Shown here in pieces: positions 9,424 through 17,932 of a stretch of DNA of 64,000 bases. Numbering within the stretch: position 1 is the stretch's first letter; every line of letters begins with the position of its first letter. A program made the position numbers and the translations under genes. The stretch lies in the sequence record MK308675.1. One strand, given 5' to 3'. A model generated the notes under the pieces. That model was given only the letters and a program-made list of their open reading frames with translations, ran no database searches and was not told where the DNA came from.

Positions 9424-10853
9424 CAGAATCTTCAACAGTATCGCTAATACTGCCCTGTTTATTAAACAGCTCCGGGTCTCCCCGAATGCTGAGACTATAT
9501 AATCACCCTCGTAAACTGTTACCGCTTATGAGGGGCTCCCCGTTTCCATTTAAGCCGTTAGGCACCCGCTTGGGCCGTACTCTACTCACTTCCCCTAAGC
9601 TATGTTGGGCTTAGGCTATCATCCCCTAAAGGCTTTCTCTTTAGGTTAAGCTTTCGATAGTCGTTGAACTCATCCCATATCTCTTAATAGACTTAGGGAC
9701 TTCGCTGCGTCGATTTTCTCTATTCTCAAGGTTTTCACTTTTTAAACCTGTCATTAACAGTTGTCACTTATCTGTGTTTCCACGATAAGGCAGTACTTGA
9801 GACTTTACAAGAACTTCCCGCAATTAGAGGAGTTTATTTTCTACACATTACTGCGTAGGCGGACTTATGTCCAATGGTGTAAAGGTATGGTCTCTGTAAG
9901 AGCCTTTAGAAACAACGCTTCTCTGTAGCGCAGCTATGCCATTTAAGTCAGGAAAAAGTTCTTTCCAAACATCGGATAAGCTACGGTAAAGAGTACGTGT
10001 TTTGTCTGGAGCAGTCACCCAATACGGGCGTATGTTACCGCGCATAGGGTTAGACCAGAGTTCTTCTTTGGACCAAGACTTAAAGACTACGGTCTCATCG
10101 CCTTTAATGCGCATGCTCCATCCGTTTAAAGGATAGTTAGACTTTTCTGTTAATCTACGCTTAATTGCGTTTTTGTCAGCAGAAAGAAATCTACGTATTT
10201 TAGACTCAGTAGGAAATTCTAAGACTTCCTTAGTTTCAACATTGTAAAGCTCAAAACCAGAACTAGCAGGACGCATATAAGCTTCCCTATTGCCGGCAGA
10301 CACATCATCCCATGGAGTTTCATCTGTCAGCAGCTTTGCAAGCCATCCTCTTCCTAGAATGCCATTAGCTAAAAATTTAACTCGATGGCTATCGGAAAGA
10401 TTGCGTTCTTTTAAAAACTTGTTGAAATTAGAATAGATGACCTGGTTACCGCTAGGGTCCCGAATAATAACATCGCCCCATCCGTCCTGCCTAAGAAGAG
10501 TATCCCAAGCATGCTGTAGGTTGGATGTCTGCGTTGCCCATTCTAAGTTGTCTAAATCGTAGTTGGTTTTATCGCCGTCCTTATGGTTGACGATGTGTTC
10601 CTCACTAGGCTTATCAGGACCATAGAGTTCCATGAGCGCCACGTGAAGTCTAACGTTCTTGCCGTAATAGGCAAGCTTAAAGTAAATGTAGTCATCTGAA
10701 CCTTTCCAAGGCTTTAGATAAGTTTTGGAGATTTCACTGTAACATTTACCATCTCTTTCAAAAAGGTAACCTTTTAAATTTCTGTAGACTTTCATACTAA
10801 TCTCCTTGTATAAGATTAGTCGAAGTCACATCCCATTGGAGGACATATTGTTA
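9424..10853 (-). mobile_element. group I intron in vRNAP beta' gene (1430 nt)
   Basis: GCGGAT|TAA 5' junction, CTG|TTTGAT 3' junction; P AATTGCGGGAA (9815-9825), R GTTCAACGACTA (9658-9669), S ATTATATAGTC (9493-9503); IGS GTCC at 10841-10844. Confidence 0.93.
9848..10795 (-). CDS. intron-encoded HNH homing endonuclease (I-HmuI-like HNH with C-terminal NUMOD1-like repeats)
   Basis: HVALMELY...VNHKDGDKTNYDLDNLEWATQTSNLQHA; AAGGAG SD. Confidence 0.9.
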   Translation of the reverse strand: MKVYRNLKGYLFERDGKCYSEISKTYLKPWKGSDDYIYFKLAYYGKNVRLHVALMELYGPDKPSEEHIVNHKDGDKTNYDLDNLEWATQTSNLQHAWDTLLRQDGWGDVIIRDPSGNQVIYSNFNKFLKERNLSDSHRVKFLANGILGRGWLAKLLTDETPWDDVSAGNREAYMRPASSGFELYNVETKEVLEFPTESKIRRFLSADKNAIKRRLTEKSNYPLNGWSMRIKGDETVVFKSWSKEELWSNPMRGNIRPYWVTAPDKTRTLYRSLSDVWKELFPDLNGIAALQRSVVSKGSYRDHTFTPLDISPPTQ

Positions 10854-12305
10854 ATCCGCACCTAGACCGCTTAGCATGTACGGAGACACACTCATTGTAT
10901 CAAAGAACGCTAGATTGTTGGAGGTGTCAGGGAACTCAACCGCACGGTTATCCGTCGGAGCCCAAGACTCGTCTAACTCAAGTAAGTTCAAACCACTGAC
11001 GGTAGTCTTGATGTAAACTTCTGAGGCGTAAATAGACGAAAGACCAGTAACCGGATAACGGGTACAGAATGCACGCGAGCGTGGCACTAAGTCCTTAGAA
11101 AGAAGATAGTACATCTCTGCCCAACTCATTGGGCGCACATTCGCAGGTTCCCAACCATCTGGCAATTCATCAATGGATTTCATAATTTTGTAATATTTGT
11201 CATCCTGATAAATCAACCTTAGGAAGTGGCCATCGATGGTTACAGGTCGATGTCTTAGTGTGGCATCGGCAAAACCGTTTATCATGTTTTCTAGACCATC
11301 AGAGGTCAGCCATTTTTCACGGACTTTATCCGAGAGGCTATGATAAACTGTTTTCAAAGTCTTGCGGTCCACTAACGGTACTTCATATTCGCCTTCCGCA
11401 TACATGTCGGAAAGGAACAGACTACGGAAAGCATATTCGGTTAAGTGAATCTGCGTTGCCTTCATGAACTGGAACAGACCAACCATTGTAGTGTTTAGGC
11501 CAGGCTGTCTTTCATCGCCTAATACTTCACTACCTACATCCATCGAACTCAATACGTTACGTGTAGAGCCCACGATGCGACGAGAAGCAAACTTACCTTG
11601 CAGTAGACCTTTCTTACCTTCCAGCATTTGGAAGATGTAATCATAGATTGCTGTAATATGGCGCTGCATAGATGCTTTGGCTTCATCGAGCAATTCTGAG
11701 TTACGAGATTCAAAGTCTACGTTAATGGTGTTTGAAACAGAAATCACTTTACGGTAAAGGTCATTGATTTCTTCTTCTTTAGGTTGTCCTTCTTCGGTCA
11801 GTTCGATATCGCGAAGACCAGCAGGGATTACGATGATGCGTTTAACGAAAGCTTGCTGACGATATTTCTCAAGCAAGTCAATGCGTAAGTCACGCTGTTG
11901 GGATTTGTTACGCTTAAAGATAAGCTTAGGGAAGTGACGTAGGAAAAAAGCAAAGCCAGTCTCACCTGTCATGATGTCGGAACGAACGAAGTCATTCTCG
12001 GCTTCATCAAACACAGCGTAAGCTTGACGGGTTAGAATCTCATTGTACAGCTGTTTAAGCGCAATGAGTTCTTTATAGTAAAGAGGATGAAAGACAGGAA
12101 CCTTCAAGTTAATGAAACCTTCTTTCTCATCACGTGCTTCTTCACCCTGCTTGCCGAAAACGACATTGGAGTAAAGCCCTTGAGGATGGTAATCGCCGTG
12201 ACGCCCTTCATAGAGCTGACCTGTTTGCACGGGCAACATACCAGCGTATGTGTTAGGTATGTCGGCTAGGAAGTCGATATTAAAGGGTAGTCGTTTGATT
12301 TTCAT
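10854..12305 (-). CDS. rpoC: virion RNA polymerase beta' subunit N-terminal part, exon 1 (phiKZ gp180-like)
   Basis: Start ATG 12305 (AAGGA SD); GLYSNVVFG, IIVIPAGLRD, KKGLLQGKFASRR, TRYP motifs; ends LGAD; spliced product 484+57=541 aa. Confidence 0.9.
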
Positions 12306-12402
12306 GTGGATTCCTTGCGTCGAATCTTTTGAGTCGCTAAACAACGGGGACGCCCGTAGCGACAGATTTTTATTCTTTCATTGTTCTCCGGAGAACAAAA
12401 CC

Positions 12403-15400
12403 ATGGCTGATGAAAACTACACACTAGATGACCTAGACTCGATAATTGCGAGTTTAGATGATTCTTCTGTGCCATCGAACCCAGACCCTCAGGAACTGGG
12501 TACGCGACAAGTCATCGAGGCTGTCGCTGCCGGGTCTTTTGATAGCATCAAAACCCGCGACAATTTGGCAAAGTATGGTGCAGCTATAGCCAAAGCAAGT
12601 TTACCCGAAGGATACCGTAATGCGGTTGATAAGGTAGACGATAGTGCGTCTTCTATTATAGACCTATACAATGACTCGAAGAAGGTTTTAGAAAAACCGT
12701 TAGCCGAGCTAAGAAAGGCTGTAGCAGCACGCGCAGACAACCTTCCGGACTTCTTATCCGAGAGTACGAAAAAGTCTATTAAGGACTGGGCAAATACGCC
12801 TGCTCCTGATAAAGGACCTTCTCGTGCAGACATTGACTACGACCAACTAAGAATCGATGCGGCCTTCCAATCTGTATTTGGCATGCAGCGCGGTCAAATG
12901 GAACAGAACCAAGTTCAAAGTCAACTGCAAGAAGTTCAAGCACAGAAAGACGATTCCTTCCAACGTTCCTCTCTAGTGGCCAGTGACGGCATGCTAGACC
13001 AGTTAGGAAGACTCGTAGGTTACAACGACACTATCAATTTCCGCTACCAGCAAAAGACATTGGAGCTACAGCACCTACAGTACTTTGCACAGCGTGACTT
13101 ATTGAAAGTGTTCTCAGCGTACGCCGAAGATACAGACGTACAGCTGGAAGCGATTATCCACAATACTGCTTTGCCTGAATTCCAGAAGGTGAAGATGTCT
13201 GAAGGTTTCCGTGCGGTTCAAGCACAGAGACTTTACGGCAACATCGGTGAATCTCTCGAAGAGTACCGTGACCAGTATTTTGGCGATGTGATGACTAACC
13301 TGAGACAGAGAGCTGACAAAGTTGCTCGTGATGTCGCAGGCGGCATTCAAGGCGTAGCCACAGCCCTTCAGTCGACGGAAGGTGTTTCGGACGGCCTGAA
13401 TGCTCGAGATAAGATTGCAGTGGGTGCCGGCGTAGCTGCCGATTATGCCGCTGAACAACTTAGTCCAGCTATCGGAAGAAAAATCCGTAAGCTACTCGAG
13501 TCTAACCCAGCAATCGCTAAGAAGTCCAATGAGCTAATGTACATCTTTGAGAATGCTCCTTCGATGTTCAACCAAGCTCTTAAGGACTGGGACGGTAAAG
13601 TATTCCCAGAGAGCGTTCTAAAGCGCATACCGGCGTTAGAACTGTTAAGCGCTAACTTCATTAAGCGTGAACTACAAAGCCTCTCTCCGTCCTCTCCAGA
13701 CGCTTCTATTAACTTAGGCAATGACTTCACTAACAGAATGTCAGACCCAGCCGTTTATTCTGAAATGGCTCAGAAGTCAATTGTCGAAATCATCCCTGGG
13801 CTTCTATCTCGTCAGTTAGCTGAACTCGAGATGATTCGCACAGGCGAGTATGCCGAACGCTTAGTTTACAATCCAGGCCAGCAAGGCATGGTGCGTATCT
13901 CAGACTTAGCCTCACAGGCTAACGAAGAAGCTTTCTTAGGCACAGGGCAGCGTCGTAACAAATACACTGACGCCTTGGTTAAACTCCTAGGTTCTGGTTC
14001 AGGAGTTCAGTTAGATGACGAAGCAACGCGTGTCCTTAAAGATACATTGCTACAAGACGCCATAGGCGGTCGAGTCTTTAACATCAATGACCTGGCCCGT
14101 CGTGATTTCGGTAACGATGAGATTACGGCTCAAATCCAAAACATGATTCAGAACTCTCGTGGCGATGACGCGAAGCGTAACCTAACAGGTGCCCGTGTAA
14201 GTCGTGAGTTAGTACGTGGTCAGCAACAGCTGAATAACGTTATCAATACGTTCGCGGAAGCAGGTAACCTAGACGTACTGAGAGAGATGGGTCTAATTGC
14301 CGTAGATGAATACGGTAATGTAAAAGTAAGTGAGGAGTATGTCAATACGGCGTCTCGAGAAGAGAACGTCCAAGGGTTTAGCCGCACTTTCAATAGTTCG
14401 CCTTCAATGGCAGGTATGGAAGACGCAGCGAAGACGGTAGATGAGTTCTTCTTCCAAGACATCGCCGGGCAACGAGCTATTCCGGTAGCTATCGTTAATG
14501 ACGGCATGTCTGAAACGTCTCCTCTCTTCCAAGTAACAAAAGAAGGTTTCGATTCTCAGATTAGTTTGTTAGATGCTTTATTAGGGGCAACTCTAAGAGC
14601 AGGACAAACAGAGCAGGAATCTTCAGCAGGCACAGAACGTCGCGGTAAGTGGTACGACGGTGCAACTAAGTGGTTGAGTCCTAGCGCAGTAATGGGCGGC
14701 TTAGCAAACTTCACAACGGCATGGTATAATGGCGTCTCTAATTTCACGCGCACTGGAGCGGACATCGTAGGTAACACTTTCAGCGGTGGTCTTAACATGC
14801 TTCGCGGTGGAGGCGGCGATAAAGGCCCTAAGGCAATCGACATTTACGTCGAAGGTCGAAGTGAGCCTATTCTGCTGGCCCGTGACTTACGAGCAGGTAT
14901 GTATGTCGATGCTGAAACTAAGAACCCTATCCGCGTAGTTGAAGACATCACTGGCCCAGTAGAAGACCTAGATGGTAACGTTGTTATCAGCGAAGTTGAC
15001 ATTGAGCGAGGTCTTTATTCTAAGACAGGTGAGAAGTTCGGCATCTTCGGCGCAGCGGCTTCAGGACTTAAGAACGTCACAAACCTACAGCTTAGTGCAA
15101 TCGCTTCAATTGCGAAAATGCCTGGTGCCTTCATTAAAGGTATAAATAGCAAAGTTCGCGACATTTATGTTCGCGGGGAAACTACACCTAGGCTGTACGC
15201 TAACCTAATGAAAAATGGTGCCTACTATTCTCATGCAACAGGTAAGCGAATCTACCATCCAGACGAGATTGACGGAGAAGTCAAAGACATCGACGGCAAT
15301 ACAATCGTGTCAATGGAAGATATCGGTCGAGGCTTAGTGGATAACCTAGGTACGCCTATTGGCGGCAGTCGGCTGGCTCAAGTAGCTAAGAACGTCTTGT

Positions 15401-17895
15401 TCGGAACGGTTAACTTTGGTCGTAACTTAGTAGCATCTAGTTTTGAATTCGGTAACCGCACAATGGCGGGAGCATACAACCTAGCCGAAGGCGGCCTCAG
15501 TGCTATCGCTGGTTTAGGTGGAACGAAGAACTACTACGAAGGTACAGGACAGGAAGATACTTTACAGGACATCTATTCTTACATGCAAGCGCGTTGGCCT
15601 CTTATGGATGGTCAGACCGTTGAGCCTGTAGGTGCCAGCGGTCTCTTCGGGGATACGGATGGTGACGGTGACCGTGATGGTAGCTTCCAAGATATCTTTG
15701 CAGAAAGGGCAGCGCGTGGCGATAACCCAGAAGGCCCAGCTCCGGCAGATGTAACTACGGGCGAGAAAGAAGGCAACGAAGGTAAAGGACTGTTCGGTTC
15801 TATGCTCGGCTTGTTCTCGAGTATCTCAACAGGCATCGGTTCTCTTATAGAGGGCATCGGTGGCATCGGTAGCTTATTGGCAGGATGGTTCGCTTGGACT
15901 AAAGGCGCAGACGCAGCGGAAGCAGCGGGTGACTTTGCAGGCGATATGCTAGATGGGGAAGATGGCAAGAAAGGACGCAAACGCGGCCCTCGTGGTGGCG
16001 GTAAGAAAGGCTTCTTTAGGAAGCTACTCGGTAAAGGCGCGTCTCTAGTTTCTAACATCGGCTCTAAGGCAGGTACGTTTGCAAGAGCAGCAGCTCCAGT
16101 TGCATTGGCTGTTGGCCGTAAGGCAGTAACAGCAGCAGCTTCAGCGGTCGCTACAGTAGCAGGTGCGCCAGCGGTTGGTACAGCCATCGCGGCAGCGGGC
16201 ATTGCTTATACGGGCTACCAAGCTTACAAGTATTTTGCACGCCGTGCTGATGTGGAACCTATCGAGAAACTCCGTTATCTACAGTACGGTATTAACCCAG
16301 ACATCACAGACGACCTTGTAGCGATACGTTACTTGGAAGACAAGATTATGAGTTATGTTTCTTGGGCAGGAGATGAACCTCGTTTAGACATTCCTTTGAA
16401 AGAAGCGGTGGAAGAATGGGCAGAAGACTTCGGCGTAGACCTTTCTAACGAAGGGCAGGTAACACAGTTTGCAACATGGTTCGCTAAACGCTTTGTTCCC
16501 GTACTGATGACGCACTTGCATGTGGCGCGTAAGATTGATAAGTCAATCGACTTGTTCGATATTGATGACGAAATCAGTCCTAAGCAAATCCCTGACTTTG
16601 TTCGTGGCGTTTCATTACGTTCTGCTTATAGAACTAAACATGACCCACTGAGCGTTATGGTATCTCCATTCCCTGGTCGCTTAGTTACGGCAGACACAGT
16701 TGCAATTCAAGCACTAGCTGATGCTCTTATTGCTAAACATGAAATCGATAAAGGTAACATGGCCGATGTCGAAGAAGTGCCTAACAAGGACATCGTCGTT
16801 GGAGCATCTTCCGCAGAAATCTCCGCACGTCAAGTGAAGGCGATGGAAGACCAGAAAGCCAAAGCGCAAAGAACTCAGGCAGCGGCAAACCAAAGCGGCA
16901 CGACAATGACCAATATGGAATTGCGTCGTACGGCAAACGCAGCAGGGGTAAGTACCACAATACTAAACGCAGCAGCTCGAGGTACCACGGGAACCTTCCG
17001 CCTCATCATGCCTATGGAAGGAAGAATCTCTTCCCCTTACGGTATGCGCGTGCACCCTATGCAAGGTACACGCAAGATGCATAAAGGTGTGGACATTGCG
17101 GCTCCTGAAGGTACTCCGGTACGTGTGGCAGCAGACGGCGTTATCTATCGTAAGTACTATTCTAAGTCCTACGGCAACGTTATCTATGTTTCGCACTCTA
17201 ACGGTAAGGCTACTCGCTACGCGCACATGTCTCGTTTCGAGCCAGGTTTAAACATCGGTTCCGAACTCAAAGCAGGTCAGGTAATCGGTTACTGTGGTAA
17301 CACGGGTAAGTCTAAAGGTGCACATCTTCACTGGGAACTTCGAATAGGTACAGGCCAATGGGCTGATACTGAAGACCCACTGAAGTACGTAGACCGAAGC
17401 GTAGCTCGTGACCTAGCTAAGGAAGAGAAGGCCATCCTTAAAGATGAGAAAGAGTCAGATAAAGAAACAATGGACACTACCCTAGAAGGGCTAGAAACCA
17501 TTCGTTCTACTCTTGTTCCGCCTCCGAAGGAATCTGCGAAGGAAGCACAAGAACGTAAGTCTGCTCCTCAGTCTTCTCAAGAAGCTCTAGCCAACCGAGA
17601 ACGTACTCGTGCTCCTCAACGAGAAGCCGAACGTGAACGTAAGGCAGCAGCAGCGAGCCAGAAAGCCCTAGCGAAAGCTATGGATGAACAGGCAACCGAA
17701 GCTAAGACTGCAACAGGTCAGCGCGAATCCATGATTGAGTTACTGGAAACCATGAACGCCACTATGGAACGAGTAGCCGTCGCATTGGAAGCTGAACCTA
17801 AGATGGCAACGTCTGGTCGAGCTACTACCGTACCGTCCCCTGAGCAATACAAACGCAGCACTACGGTCTCACCGGCCGTAAGCATGAAAGGTTAA
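12403..17895 (+). CDS. tail tip / tape-measure-like protein with M23 peptidase domain, phiKZ gp181-like
   Basis: Start moved to ATG 12403 (GGAG SD); YQQKTLELQHLQY and two DIYV.G...DGNVV repeats typical of the gp181 family; HKGVD and HLH zinc motifs at about 16999-17390; divergent from vRNAP beta' as in phiKZ. Confidence 0.8.
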   Translation: MADENYTLDDLDSIIASLDDSSVPSNPDPQELGTRQVIEAVAAGSFDSIKTRDNLAKYGAAIAKASLPEGYRNAVDKVDDSASSIIDLYNDSKKVLEKPLAELRKAVAARADNLPDFLSESTKKSIKDWANTPAPDKGPSRADIDYDQLRIDAAFQSVFGMQRGQMEQNQVQSQLQEVQAQKDDSFQRSSLVASDGMLDQLGRLVGYNDTINFRYQQKTLELQHLQYFAQRDLLKVFSAYAEDTDVQLEAIIHNTALPEFQKVKMSEGFRAVQAQRLYGNIGESLEEYRDQYFGDVMTNLRQRADKVARDVAGGIQGVATALQSTEGVSDGLNARDKIAVGAGVAADYAAEQLSPAIGRKIRKLLESNPAIAKKSNELMYIFENAPSMFNQALKDWDGKVFPESVLKRIPALELLSANFIKRELQSLSPSSPDASINLGNDFTNRMSDPAVYSEMAQKSIVEIIPGLLSRQLAELEMIRTGEYAERLVYNPGQQGMVRISDLASQANEEAFLGTGQRRNKYTDALVKLLGSGSGVQLDDEATRVLKDTLLQDAIGGRVFNINDLARRDFGNDEITAQIQNMIQNSRGDDAKRNLTGARVSRELVRGQQQLNNVINTFAEAGNLDVLREMGLIAVDEYGNVKVSEEYVNTASREENVQGFSRTFNSSPSMAGMEDAAKTVDEFFFQDIAGQRAIPVAIVNDGMSETSPLFQVTKEGFDSQISLLDALLGATLRAGQTEQESSAGTERRGKWYDGATKWLSPSAVMGGLANFTTAWYNGVSNFTRTGADIVGNTFSGGLNMLRGGGGDKGPKAIDIYVEGRSEPILLARDLRAGMYVDAETKNPIRVVEDITGPVEDLDGNVVISEVDIERGLYSKTGEKFGIFGAAASGLKNVTNLQLSAIASIAKMPGAFIKGINSKVRDIYVRGETTPRLYANLMKNGAYYSHATGKRIYHPDEIDGEVKDIDGNTIVSMEDIGRGLVDNLGTPIGGSRLAQVAKNVLFGTVNFGRNLVASSFEFGNRTMAGAYNLAEGGLSAIAGLGGTKNYYEGTGQEDTLQDIYSYMQARWPLMDGQTVEPVGASGLFGDTDGDGDRDGSFQDIFAERAARGDNPEGPAPADVTTGEKEGNEGKGLFGSMLGLFSSISTGIGSLIEGIGGIGSLLAGWFAWTKGADAAEAAGDFAGDMLDGEDGKKGRKRGPRGGGKKGFFRKLLGKGASLVSNIGSKAGTFARAAAPVALAVGRKAVTAAASAVATVAGAPAVGTAIAAAGIAYTGYQAYKYFARRADVEPIEKLRYLQYGINPDITDDLVAIRYLEDKIMSYVSWAGDEPRLDIPLKEAVEEWAEDFGVDLSNEGQVTQFATWFAKRFVPVLMTHLHVARKIDKSIDLFDIDDEISPKQIPDFVRGVSLRSAYRTKHDPLSVMVSPFPGRLVTADTVAIQALADALIAKHEIDKGNMADVEEVPNKDIVVGASSAEISARQVKAMEDQKAKAQRTQAAANQSGTTMTNMELRRTANAAGVSTTILNAAARGTTGTFRLIMPMEGRISSPYGMRVHPMQGTRKMHKGVDIAAPEGTPVRVAADGVIYRKYYSKSYGNVIYVSHSNGKATRYAHMSRFEPGLNIGSELKAGQVIGYCGNTGKSKGAHLHWELRIGTGQWADTEDPLKYVDRSVARDLAKEEKAILKDEKESDKETMDTTLEGLETIRSTLVPPPKESAKEAQERKSAPQSSQEALANRERTRAPQREAERERKAAAASQKALAKAMDEQATEAKTATGQRESMIELLETMNATMERVAVALEAEPKMATSGRATTVPSPEQYKRSTTVSPAVSMKG

Positions 17896-17897
17896 AT

Positions 17898-17917
17898 GGA
17901 GGCTTCGGCCTCCTTTT
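17898..17917 (+). terminator. intrinsic terminator hairpin
   Basis: GGAGGC-TTCG-GCCTCC-TTTT. Confidence 0.75.
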
Positions 17918-17932
17918 ATTTAGGAGTTAACA

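Noticed and set aside
9250-9435. 61-aa ORF with TTG start (MKILFDGD...) as a stand-alone gene
   Set aside because: Its first four codons are intron sequence; from 9423 it is exon 2 of vRNAP beta'
7845-10853. vRNAP genes as pseudogenes, or TAA read-through / alternative genetic code
   Set aside because: Both TAA codons are the first bases of intact group I introns whose removal restores the frame; all other long genes read normally in code 11
3816-12305. Bacterial chromosomal rpoBC locus
   Set aside because: Subunits are split and highly diverged, flanked by virion genes, and no ribosomal protein genes are present
12250-12402. TTG start and 51-aa extension of the gp181-like ORF
   Set aside because: Overlaps the divergent beta' start; ATG 12403 has a GGAG SD
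15612-16202. 196-aa Ala/Pro-rich minus-strand ORF
   Set aside because: Antisense shadow of the Gly/Ala-rich part of the gp181-like gene; the same applies to the other short antisense ORFs inside long genes (e.g. 583-855, 2812-3327, 4450-4818, 36290-36553)
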